A stretch of DNA of 63,408 nt, the filler included, from Octopus bimaculoides (lineage: Eukaryota): NCBI RefSeq assembly GCF_001194135.2. It is 5 parts of 4 records of this genome, joined end to end, with 100 filler letters (N's around TTAATTAATTAA, not from the genome) between each part and the next. Parts side by side here need not be neighbours in the genome. Positions count along the whole stretch, not along the records: positions 50,018 to 59,422 come from NC_068986.1; positions 59,523 to 63,408 come from NC_069003.1; 3 more parts are not named here. One strand, given 5' to 3'. Below the pieces are notes generated by a model. It ran no database searches and had not been told where the DNA came from. It saw nothing but the letters and a program-made list of their open reading frames with translations. Position numbers and translations under genes: made by a program. Positions 52,516 to 63,408 of this stretch are shown here, piece after piece; positions within the stretch are counted from its first letter, which is position 1, and each line of letters starts with the position of its first letter.

Positions 52516-52649
52516 CCTGAATCTGTTTCAATATGTCTGTGCTGTTATCAAGGTCCCAGTGTACGCATGCGTGTGGTAGAAAATATGTAAGCTTCTGCGT
52601 TTTATGTGTAAAAAAAAAACCGTCAAGTTCTTTTTTCGAGTCATACCAG

Positions 52650-52866
52650 CTCATAAGGACCGGTTTCCCGGTTCCCGTGATGAATATATTCCCCACCGGA
52701 ACGGGACCCAAGTCCGTCGCAGGAGTACTCATTTTTGCCAGCGGAGTGAACTGAAGAAACGTGAAATGAAATGTTTTGCTCAAGAACACGACGCATCACC
52801 TGGTCCGGGAATCGAAACCACAATCTTACGATCATGAGTCCAACACCCTAACCGTTAAGCCACGCA
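52650..52866 (-). mobile_element. SINE family D-related copy with a different 3' body
   Basis: The reverse-complement head GTGGCTTAACGGTTAGGGTG...GGTTTCGATTCCCGGACC...GTGTTCTTGAGCAAAACATTTCATTTCACG is shared with the 51390 copy. Confidence 0.8.
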
Positions 52867-53323
52867 CAAATGTATGACTGTGTTTGTGTGTGTATGTGTG
52901 CTTGAGAGGATGCATTGCACTTTAAACCAACTGAGTGTTTGCATATATTTCAGTGTAAAAGATGTAAATGTGAAGATATTGGTGTACACGTGTATGTAAG
53001 TGCGGGTACTTCTGTCTCGGTATGTACATGAGTGCGTTTGTTAGTTTGTGTGCGTGGTGCGTGTGTTCATGTGTTTGCGTTTGATGCAATAGGTCTGTGG
53101 ACAGTAGTATATTCTTGCCTATATTTAAATATAATTGTGTGAGTGTGTCTGAGCATGTACGTGTAATATGTACGCGTCTGTCAATGAAAATGTGAACATA
53201 TATGAAAGCCTCTTCATTTGTATGCTTTCATCTATGGGTATGTATGCATTTATCTATATCTATATATGTATATGTGTGTGTGTGTTCATAAATGTACATA
53301 ATACGTGTATGTGTGTGTGTGTG

Positions 53324-53384
<61 letters not shown>

Positions 53385-53944
53385 NNNNNNNNNNNNNNNN
53401 NNNNNNNNNNNNNNNNNNNNNNNNNNNNNNNNNNNNNNNNNNNNNNNNNNNNNNNNNNNNNNNNNNNNNNNNNNNNNNNNNNNNNNNNNNNNNNNNNNNN
53501 NNNNNNNNNNNNNNNNNNNNNNNNNNNNNNNNNNNNNNNNNNNNNTATATATATACATGAATTAGTGTGCGTTATACATCGACTGAACTCTGTTCTTTCC
53601 TTCTTTATTGTTCTTTGTGTTAAGTTTTGTTTTTAACGATCACTATTGCTTTGTTCCTTTTGATTTACGTTGCCATATTTCAAAATTTTATGTTGTTATT
53701 GTTCTTATTGTTGAAGTCATTAATAATAAACGCTGAACTGACCTACTGAATGTCTTGCGATATTAAATTACGTTCCTTTGTGATTTGAGATCAAATCTTG
53801 TGGAGGTCGACTTTGACATTTAATTTTCCAGGTCGATAAACTATTAGTCACGTACTTGGATCGATTTAATAGAATACCCCTCCCAAATTTGTTGTCTTCT
53901 TTATGGTTTTCCGAACCGCGGTGAATGATCATTTTGGCTCCAGT

Positions 53945-54335
53945 AACATACTGGATTCAAATTTTGGCAGAGGGCCAACAATTTCAGGGAAGGGAGTAAG
54001 TCGATTACATCACCCGGCCCCCGTGTTTAAGTGTGTTATGTCGACGTCCCCAGGTGAAGTAGTAGGATCTCCCAAGACATATAAATAGATGTAGTCTGGC
54101 CGTGGTAGGTGTGTTGAGTAGCAGTTGAGTAGCAATCGAGTAGCAGTTGAGTAGAGATCATCCGAAGGTGCTAGATAGCAGTGGCTTGAGACATAACAAA
54201 CTGGTACTTATTTTATCGATCCCAAAGGGATGAAAAGCAAAGTCGACCTCGGCGGCATTCGAACTCAGAACGTAAAGACGATGAAAATGCTGTTAAGCAT
54301 TTTGTCCGGCGCCCTAACAATTCAACCAGCTCACC
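53945..54335 (-). mobile_element. SINE family B interrupted by a solo LTR
   Basis: 53945-54033 and 54199-54335 are contiguous in the uninterrupted B copies such as 3300-3540. Confidence 0.8.
54034..54198. mobile_element. Solo LTR (165 bp)
   Basis: Termini TGTTATG...CATAACA (7-bp inverted), 5-bp TSD AAGTG/AACTG, an internal TATAAATA and 11-bp GTTGAGTAGCA repeats. It splits a SINE B exactly. Confidence 0.75.
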
Positions 54336-54956
54336 GATTTAGGTCCCAGTAATATATTGAGACCAAAATCAAGTTAGCGCAATAGAATAAATTTAAGGCT
54401 TTCAAGAAAAAAGTAGTAGGGTCGATTCTTTCGACTAAAATCTTTCAAGGTAGTGACCCAAATGACTGAAACTAGTACAAGATTAAAGACAGGGTACATG
54501 TTCAGACATTAAATTGAATTTTTGACGACTTATCCACGAAGGAAAAAATTAATGAGCACACACACACACACACACACACAAACACAAACACAAACCTATA
54601 TACATATATTCTTATATCTGTGTGTGTGCGTGTGTGTGTGTGTGTGCGTGTTTTATCAGACACACACCGCTTGACAACCGGTATTGAGTGTGTCCCTGTA
54701 AAATAGCGGTTCCAGTAGAAATAACGCTTGTAGCTAAAATCGTTATGTATAATTTTTGCTATGTTGTTGCTGTTGTTATTTCACCCTACTTTGACTAATC
54801 AGACTTATGACTAAAGACATTCCCACAGTTGTAAACCACCCTTGTCATATATTTTAAGGCGCAGTTTATATATAAAAATTCATTTTCCTATTAAGCTGGG
54901 CTGATTTGAGGAAGGTTCTTGATAGATACATAGATAGATAGATAGATAGATAGATT

Positions 54957-55338
54957 GTTGTTGTTGGCACTCCGTCGCTTACGACGACGAGAGTTCCAGT
55001 TGATCCGATCAACGGAACAGCCTGCTCGTGAAATTAACGTGCAAGTGGCTGAGCACTCCACAGACACGTGTACCCTTAACGTAGTTCTCGGGGATATTCA
55101 GCGTGACACAGTTTGACAAGGCTGACCCTTTGAGTTACAGGCACAACAGAATCAGTAAGTAAGAGTGAGAGAAAGTTGTGGTGAAAGAGTACAGCAGGGT
55201 TCACCACCATCCCCTGCCGGAGCCTCGTGGAGCTTTAGGTGTTTTCGCTCAATAAACACTCAGAACGCCTGGTCTGGGAATCGAAACCGCGATCCTATGA
55301 CTGCGAGTCCGCTCTCCTAACCACTGGGCCATTGCGCC
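54957..55338 (-). mobile_element. tRNA-derived SINE family C, young full-length copy inside a (GATA)n tract
   Basis: Reverse complement: GGCGCAATGGCCCAGTGGTTAGG (A box) ...GGTTTCGATTCCC (B box) ...GACGGAGTGCCAACAACAAC tail. Homologous to 57451-57826. Confidence 0.9.
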
Positions 55339-56354
55339 TCAGATAGGTAGATAGATACCTTTCAACTGATTTTATGTAATCGACGGATACTTCATGACAT
55401 GTGTAATAGAGAACTTTACTTTGACCGGCCAGAACAAAGCGATATCAATTTTTACTAGAAATTTGGTTTTAAATCTAATGAATCGTCACCACCCAATTCA
55501 TTACGTTCTGACTCTGAGGAAGACCTTTACTCACTCATGGAAAAGACTCCTAAATATGAATACATTTCAGCAAAAACTAAATAATAAAATTTCGAAACAC
55601 GAGTGATATATATATATGCTCACTGTACCAAAACACAGAATTTATATGCTGTTAATCCTGATACATACAACCGTCTAATTAGAAACTAATTAATTTCTTA
55701 TCATAGAAAAATTAACTTTAAGAAGCCATAAGACGTATTTAAATAGAAAATGTATTAGCGGATTAATTCAATCATATTTTATATAGGACCAATTAGTAAT
55801 ATTTTAGACAGAATTGTTCTCTTTTGAAAGAGACAGCTTCGGGATATGTACGCATTAAATAATGGTTTAATTATATAGACTATGAGAGAGGCAAATAGCA
55901 GCAGGTTTATTGGGAAAATTGTCTTGATTCCGTTAGATAAGCTCAACTAGAAAAGATTGTAGATTGTACTATTTCTAACATTGAGGTCAATGAATTGAGT
56001 GTAATATTACAGGCCAAGGAAATGATTATAGTCATTGAGCAGTAAATCTTGATAAAAAGGATCATTCCAGCAGTGCTTTTGATGTCAGCATAGAAAAAAT
56101 CTATTTGGCTGAGGGAGCAGACGTGGTTATTATATTGAGACAATGGTTAGTAACTTTTATTGAATGCAGTACCTTTTAGTAGTATTAAGAAAAGAGCTCC
56201 ATATATTCTTTAAGAATTTGGGTTTTAATACAAACGCAGAAACTTTTAGGTGTAACTTGAAATTAAAATCTTTAAATTTAAACAATGAGTTAGGCTACCA
56301 GTCTAGAATGCCTGATAAGTCCAAGTTATGTTAATTAGTTCATGGATGCGGACT

Positions 56355-56520
56355 GGAAGAATCATTAGCACGTCGAACAAAATGCTTAGCGGTGTTTATT
56401 GTAGCTCATTATGTTCTCACTTCAAATCCCGCCGAGGCCAACTTTCCTTTCATCCCTTGGTGGTCGATGAAATAAGGTACCAGCCAACTAGTAATTAGTT
56501 GCCAGTCAGCTACTGGTGTC
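56355..56520 (+). mobile_element. SINE family B, diverged
   Basis: AAAATGCTTAGCGG...TTCAAATCCCGCCGAGGCCAACTTTCCTTTCATCCC..GGTCGATGAAATAAGGTACCAG. Confidence 0.7.
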
Positions 56521-57450
56521 AATGATATAGACATGCTATCTCCCATCAAAAACTGCTGGCCTGAAACGCAGAATCAGACTGGCTTCCCTTTTAGAAGGGT
56601 ATGTTGGGATCTCAGTCACTTATACATCATAGAATCCTGATAACCAGTCTTACGAGTTCTAGGTTACGAGAACAACCTGTAGATTTAAAATTAAGAATTT
56701 TGTCAAGAATAGCTGAAAACTTCTAATGTAGATATTTTTAAGTATTTTTTTTTCTCTGTGGCAATGAAATATTACACGCAAGCGAGCTTATTCTGTAAGC
56801 AACGATATAAACGGTTCCAGAAATATCTCCTGGTATAACTTGCCACACAATTGAAGTGGCTACTCCCGTAGCCATATTTTCCTTTTCCTTAGTTTTTATT
56901 TCTTCACAACACATACATCATACAATATTTACTACAAATATTGTGAAATTATGCTATTTACTATCCTACTTATAGCCGGACTATTGATTCATTTAACTTA
57001 CCTAAGCTTTTGAAAAAGGCAATCTTCTAAAATGCTTAAAACAATACGCGCATGTGTGTAAAAAGATATTCTTGACTAATTAGCGAAGGTTAAATGAAAA
57101 CTACAAAAATTGAATTGTATTATAAAGTAAGGTGTGCATCATCTATTTATTATATAGTATATGTATGTGTATGGTTAAAAATATAGGTAAAGATGTTGGC
57201 TTCGAAAGCACATGGTATTGCAAATTGGACTAGTATCTTCTCTATATTATTACAGGATAATATAATCTAACAGGCGTAAACTATGTGGAAGCCAATATCT
57301 ATGTAAATATGCATACATATATAAATGCATACATACATATATGTACATATGTGTGTGTGAACGTGTGTGTGTGCGTGCATATGCGTGTGTTTATGTTTGT
57401 TATGTTTGTATGTATGTATGTATGTATGTATGTATGTATGTATATTGTGG

Positions 57451-57826
57451 AGGTGCAATGGCCCAGTGGTTAGGACAGCGGACTCGTGGTCGCTGGATCG
57501 CGGTTTCAATTCCCAGACCAGGCATTGTGAGTGTTTATTGAGCGAAAACACCTAAAACTCAACGAGGCTCCGGCATGGGATGGTGGGGAACTGTGCTGTA
57601 CTCTTTCACCACAACTTTCTCTCACACTTTCTTCCTATCTTTGTTGTACCTGTATTTCAAAAAGCCAGCCTTGTCAAACTGTGTCACGCTGAATCTCTCC
57701 GAGAATGACATTAAAGGTACACGTGTCTGTGGAGTGCTCCGCCACTTGTACGTTAATTTCACGAGCAGGCTGTTCCATTGATCGGATCAGCTGAAACCCT
57801 TGTCATCGTAACCGACGGAATGCCAT
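57451..57826 (+). mobile_element. SINE family C, full-length
   Basis: GGTGCAATGGCCCAGTGGTTAGG...GGTTTCAATTCCC...TTAATTTCACGAGCAGGCTGTTCC...GACGGAATGCCA. Confidence 0.9.
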
Positions 57827-57889
57827 GATGTATGTATAAGTGTTTGTGAGTGTGCGTATGTATGTATATGTGTGCGCGTATAAAAGTAT

Positions 57890-58770
57890 GTATGCTTGCT
57901 TCCCAACCACATGGTTCCTGATTCAGTCCCACTGCGTGTCACCTTGTGCAAGTGTCGTCTCCTATAGCCACAGGCCGACGAAAGCCTTGTGAGTGGATTT
58001 GGTAGACGGAAACTGAACGAAGCCCGCCGTGTAAATATATATGTATATATTTTATTCTTTTACTTGTTTAACTCATTTGACTGCGGCCATGCTGGAGCAC
58101 CGCCTTTACTCAAACAAATCGCCCCCAGGACTTATTCTTTAAAAGCCTCGTACTTATTCTGTCGGTTTCTTCAGCCGAACCGCTAAGTTACGGGGACGTA
58201 AACACATCAACATCGGTTGTCAAGCGATGGTGGGAGGACAAACACAGACACAAATATATATATATATATATATACCGGAGTAAGTACATAAAATGTGCAA
58301 CAAGGTGGAAAAAAGAGTACTCACATACCAGAGGTAGAGTAATATGCTTTATATAAAAGCAGCAGAAATATAACAAAAGACTGTTACTCTGAGTAACAGA
58401 GTAACAGTCTCTTGTTATATTTCTGCTGCTTTTATATAAAGTATATATATATATATTCGGCTCGAGGCTATAGCAGAAGACATTTGCCCAGGGTGCCACG
58501 CAGTGGGACTGAACTCGGAACCGTGTGGTTGGGAAGCAAGCTTCTTACTGCACAATGTTTGTGTGTCTGCGGTGTCTGTGTTTGTCCCCCAACCATCGCT
58601 TGACAACCGATGTTGGTGTGTTTATGTCTCCATAACTTAACAATTCGGCAAAAGAGACCGATAGAATAAGTACTAGGCTTACAAAGAACAAGTCCTGGGG
58701 GTCGCTTTGTTCGACTAAAAGTCGGTGCTCCAGCATGACCGCAGTCAAATGACTGAACAAGTAAAAAAAG
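57890..58770. mobile_element. Cluster of SINE family A pieces in both orientations
   Basis: + head 57890-58030, - tail 58058-58250, - head 58456-58553 and + tail 58560-58770. Confidence 0.85.
58347..58441. repeat. 44-bp near-perfect hairpin with a 7-nt loop
   Basis: 58347-58390 pairs with 58398-58441 with one mismatch. Confidence 0.9.
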
Positions 58771-59371
58771 TAAGCAGAAAAAAAAGAATAAAAGAATATA
58801 TGCGTATGTATATACATACAAGCTCTTTGCATCCATATTCTTATTTATGGCGCACCACATTGAGAAAGAGAACATGATCATTAGAAATTCACTTAAACAC
58901 ATCATCTCAATACATAACAATAAACTTACAAATTCCGTAAACAAACTATATGGTTTGTGCATTTGTGTCTCAGTACATTGTGAACGCGAGCAAATCTATC
59001 GTTGCATCTGACTATATTCTCATTAACGGATGACCTTGTCTTTGACAGATTGTAATGTAGTTGATTGGCTACTACTGAGACATTTCTGACGTTGTAGACT
59101 GCCTCTTATGGTAATGAAGATGGATCTCAAATACGGAAGCGATGTGTGGGCGTATGAGTGCATATGCGTGTTAGTGCGAGTGTACGTAGTTTATGTGGTG
59201 TGTGTATAGTGTATGCATGTCTGTATTTTTTTAGTTCTTTCTTAGGTTCGGTTTTAATTTATTCCGGTCAAGGCAATGCTAGAATATCACTGCACAAGAT
59301 TGTGTTTCTTTATATGTTTATACATGTGTTACTATATGAAAGTATATTCATACATGCACCCATACACATGG

Positions 59372-59422
<51 letters not shown>

Positions 59423-59522
59423 NNNNNNNNNNNNNNNNNNNNNNNNNNNNNNNNNNNNNNNNNNNNTTAATTAATTAANNNNNNNNNNNNNNNNNNNNNN
59501 NNNNNNNNNNNNNNNNNNNNNN

Positions 59523-59559
<37 letters not shown>

Positions 59560-59629
59560 GACAATAAGCTGACAGAATCGTTAGCACGCCGAGGTAAATG
59601 CTTTGCGGCATTTGTTTGTCTTCTTTGTT

Positions 59630-60170
59630 TGTCTTTTACAAGTTTACTCCAAGTCTCATTCAGAGACATCAAGAGACAAGTTAGAAGTTCAAGTTGGTGT
59701 TATGACAAGGGTGTCATATTTTAGGCTTCGCACAGAGTAATGTTCTAGAGAACGTCTGTCAAAACATAAGAAAATTAGAAGTTTGATTATAAGATGATAG
59801 TGTGTTCTTAAGATGACCGTAAAAAGCGTTTGCTCTTTTGCACATTTAAAAGTACTTTTGACAATATTTACAGATTAAAATGTTTTGGGATTACATAGAC
59901 AATATTTTTCGTAAGATATGAGCACTATTTTTTTGAATTTCTTCCATGTTTAGATTTCCTGGTATCTGAAATAGGTAGCAATAAGTCCTTTTGCTATCGT
60001 TCCTAGAGCACCTATGACAACAAGTATTGTTTTAGTCTTGAGGTTCCACATTTTTCTTGTTTTTATTTCAAGGTCTCTATATTTACCCAGCTTTTGCTAG
60101 GTCTGGACAGATATTGGGTAAGTTATATCAATGAGGAAGCATGATTTTTGTCTGAAATACTTCAATACTG
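59630..60170 (-). mobile_element. Dong/R4-type RLE LINE 3' end
   Basis: The reverse complement translates KSCFLIDI...KLGKYRDLEIKTRKMWNLKTKTILVVIGALGTI...AHILRKILSM, followed by a 3' UTR. Confidence 0.85.
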
Positions 60171-60200
60171 AAATACTTTAATGTCTGGCCTATTTTCATT

Positions 60201-60235
<35 letters not shown>

Positions 60236-60247
60236 TATTATTATTAC

Positions 60248-60312
<65 letters not shown>

Positions 60313-60314
<2 letters not shown>

Positions 60315-61215
60315 TTTGCACAGCTTCTAATGCTGGAGATGTACTACAGTGTCAGCTGTTCACTATCAGTGAACTAAGTTAACACCTCTTATTTTTCGAG
60401 CACCTTCCGGAGTATTCGAGCGGTTCCAAGCACTGCTTATTGCAGCCCCTATTTGTTCCACGTACTTCTCGAGATTTTTGCTCACTGTTCCCAGGGCTCC
60501 AACAATTATTGGTACTACTGCTACTTTTTCGTCGATCACAACTGCTTAACTTCTCAATCTAACCTGCCATATCGCTCAGTTTTTCTTTCTTCCTTATCAC
60601 ATACCTTGTTGTCAGCTGAGCATGCTATATCTATGATCCAGCATAGTTTGTTTTCTTTCTCAATTAAGACTATGTCTGGCTTCCTATTCTCTATCTCATG
60701 GTCGCACCGAATCATAAAATCCCATAGGATCTTTGCATTTCTATTTTCGACAATGCCTTCAGGTTTGTGGTCGTACCAATTTTTTACTCTGTCAAGTCCA
60801 TACTTATTGCAGAGTGTCCAATGGACAAGCGTGGCTATATTGTCATGGCGTCTCTTATATCACTTCTGGGCTAGTGGCGTACATTGGTTGGTAATATGCC
60901 ATACAGTTTCACTGTTTTGTCCACAGATTCTGCGTTTGTCACTTTCTGCTGTGTTGTCTATTCTGTATTTTATGGAGTTTGTTCTTAGTGGTTGCTCTTT
61001 GGTAGCACAGATTAGAGCCTCCGTTTTCGATTTTAAATCACTTTTAGTCATCCACAGCCATCTTGTTTCTCTGTCTGTCTTATCTTCAACATCCCTATGA
61101 AATTGACCATGCATTCTTTTCTTTACCCACCTATTTTCAGTTTCATTCGTTTTCAATTTCTTGTATAGTGCTTTATCTTTGCAATCTTTCATCCTACACA
61201 AGCCTAACCTTCCTA
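60313..61215 (-). mobile_element. Dong/R4-type RLE LINE 3' portion (CCHC knuckle plus RLE)
   Basis: ORF 60860-61201 (KRMHGQF...TEALICATKEQPLRTNSIKYRID...RICGQNSETVWHITNQCTPLAQK), then WYDH, PDIVL and PIIVGALG motifs. The (AAT)n tail is at 60236-60312. Confidence 0.9.
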
Positions 61216-61320
61216 CTTCTAATAATAGCGGTTCTGTGGCATTTTTTACATACCATGTTGTTTTCTTCTGCTCTAATGCTGTGTTCGCATCTTATAAGTC
61301 CTATTCCCCCTCTTTTTCTT

Positions 61321-61546
61321 GATGAACTGAAGGCAAGGTTTATGGCAGCATTCAACAACAAGGAGGTCGTTCAGAAGATTTGCAGGATATTCTGAAGTCG
61401 TCTGGAGGCCATGGTTGAAGCCAATGGCGATTTTATTGAATAAATTTACACTTTAGTATTTCAAGATATTTTTATGTAATTTTGGTAAATATATCTGTTA
61501 AAATGAGATGTCCGTGATATTTATGCGTAATTTAGACGACACCCTG
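61321..61546 (+). mobile_element. 3' end of a related Tc1/mariner element
   Basis: Homologous to 50612-50864 (GATGAACTGAA..GCAAGG..TATGGCAGCATTCA...AATGGCGATTTTATTGAATAAATTTAC). Ends CACCCTG followed by TA. Confidence 0.85.
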
Positions 61547-62456
61547 TATATATATGTCTCTCTCTCTCTTTATCTATCTATTCAAATATTGATGCGTATG
61601 CATTTATGTGTGTGTGTGAATGTGTGTGTGTGTCAGTGTATTTTGGATATATTAGCTCTCCAGCCATATTCAGGTGTACTGAGTCTCGTCTCGTAGACGT
61701 TAAGCACAAATACATTTTTCATGTGTTTAATAAATATTTATAGTTATATTGTTCCACTTGCTCGATTTGAATTTTAAATCCGAATTTGTCAACACTTTGA
61801 TGTAAAGAATATATCTCCTGAGTGGTTTGGTTCGAATTTTGCGACATTTCGTTTTGCTTATATCTGATGCTTACTCTTTACGTCAGCTACGAGCGTATAT
61901 AAACAAATATATTTTACACAGTCTCCTTTCTGATTCTTTCTTATCAATGCACTATATATTATATATATANNNNNNNNNNNNNNNNNNNNNNNNNNNNNNN
62001 NNNNNNNNNNNNNNNNNNNNNNNNNNNNNNNNNNNNNNNNNNNNNNNNNNNNNNNNNNNNNNNNNNNNNNNNNNNNNNNNNNNNNNNNNNNNNNNNNNNN
62101 NNNNNNNNNNNNNNNNNNNNNNNNNNNNNNNNNNNNNNNNNNNNNNNNNNNNNNNNNNNNNNNNNNNNNNNNNNNNNNNNNNNNNNNNNNNNNNNNNNNN
62201 NNNNNNNNNNNNNNNNNNNNNNNNNNNNNNNNNNNNNNNNNNNNNNNNNNNNNNNNNNNNNNNNNNNNNNNNNNNNNNNNNNNNNNNNNNNNNNNNNNNN
62301 NNNNNNNNNNNNNNNNNNNNNNNNNNNNNNNNNNNNNNNNNNNNNNNNNNNNNNNNNNNNNNNNNNNNNNNNNNNNNNNNNNNNNNNNNNNNNNNNNNNN
62401 NNNNNNNNNNNNNNNNNNNNNNNNNNNNNNNNNNNNNNNNNNNNNNNNNNNNNNNN

Positions 62457-62490
<34 letters not shown>

Positions 62491-62677
62491 TAATCTATAC
62501 ATATATACGTTTACGTTTATGTATTCGTTTTGCAAGCTTCTTGATGTGAACTCGTGTGTTGATACAGATATTGTTGTATTTGGGGATGGTCATGTTGCCA
62601 ATTTAGCCAATGAAAGCAAACGCACTATTTGTTCGGTGTTCGCTTGCTTCAGATTTATTTCATATTAATTATACTTC

Positions 62678-62722
62678 GGCCAGAGTTCTTTCATCACACT
62701 TCTGTGACCTCATCAGTGGTCC
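62678..62722 (-). ncRNA. Minimal type I hammerhead ribozyme, family 5
   Basis: Reverse complement: GG(A)CCA-CTGATGA-G-GTCACA(gaag)TGTGAT-GAAA-GAAC-T-C-TGGCC. Stem II is 6 bp, the triplet is CUC, and stem III AGAACT is one change from the palindrome AGTACT. Confidence 0.65.
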
Positions 62723-63025
62723 TTTGCATTCTTCTTTCTGTTTTGTGTCTCTCCTTCCTAAGAATCTACCATTTTGTGTTCCTGTTGTATGTGTCTTTAT
62801 TTGCGCATTCATATATCCCTGTGTGTCTCTATGTCTTGTAAGAGTGTGTGGGAATGTGTGTGGTACCTGCATTATTAGTATCCCCTGTTTATTAACGTTT
62901 ATTTTATTTATTTATTTATTTATTAATTTATTTATATCTACTTATTTTGTTTATGCATTTAATTACTTAATTCCATTTATTTATCTAATGTATTAGTTTC
63001 ATATTATTATCAGTTTATGAGGATC

Positions 63026-63271
63026 TTATTCTGTCATCAGGTTGTGATGTGGGGTGTGTATGCTAGTGTTCCATTCTAGTTTTCTATTTAGGCTAGGTTT
63101 ATCTTCTATTCCGTGTGCAGCTTTCGTAATTTGTCTCATCGTTGCGTCCGTTTTATGTATCGGCGTGTTGGTATAGTACCGGCGAGCTCTTCTCTTCCTT
63201 GAGTTCCCTCCAATGCCCATTAACCCGCTCTCTTTAAAAAGAAAGGCCGTTAACAATGAAATGGAACCCAA
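63026..63271 (-). mobile_element. Penelope-like GIY-YIG endonuclease C-terminal relic
   Basis: Translation TPIHKTDATMRQITKAAHGIEDKPSLNRKLEW resembles the PLE endonuclease tail (R-x-x-K-E-A-x-x-I-x-x-x-KP-x-LN). A CTGATGA core overlaps the ORF end at 63034-63040, and a hammerhead lies 300 nt downstream. Confidence 0.45.
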
Positions 63272-63408
63272 AATGCTTTCTGGCTTTTTCGTTTGCCATT
63301 ACCTGTTGTTTATTGCAGCATAACTTTACGGCTGCTGAATGTTTGGAACATTCGATAATAAACTAATAAACACTAGCAGCGAAGCTGTTTGAAAAAGTCT
63401 CCGTAATG

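Noticed and set aside
60453-61100. 215-aa plus-strand ORF
   Set aside because: Antisense shadow of the Dong/R4 LINE ORF.

Overview
AT-rich, microsatellite- and transposon-dense metazoan DNA with many N gaps. It is most likely an octopus (coleoid cephalopod) draft assembly; this is inferred from the SINE families, 5S sequence and repeat landscape, not confirmed by a search. The only well-supported host coding sequence is the last two coding exons (16632-16752 and 19741-20042, +) of a synaptotagmin-family gene. They encode the C2B domain with a degenerate Ca2+-binding site; upstream exons were not found in the window. The rest is repeat-derived: at least four tRNA-derived SINE families, Dong/R4-type RLE LINE fragments sitting in (TAA)n tracts, CR1-like and RTE relics, Tc1/mariner relics, a solo LTR splitting a SINE, a 5S rRNA pseudogene fused to a SINE tail, and foldback elements. 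The most notable unannotated signal is a set of minimal type I hammerhead ribozyme motifs of the Penelope-like-element kind. At least five unrelated families occur (1027, 5442, 7156, 8730/38764/39165, 49634, 62678), plus decayed or partial copies, and each family has its own palindromic stem III. One family lies downstream of a tRNA-like Pol III head, giving a SINE-plus-hammerhead element. Another forms a long inverted repeat. Almost all ORFs in the supplied track are microsatellite or TE artefacts. Repeat boundaries were read by eye and are approximate to about 10-20 nt.
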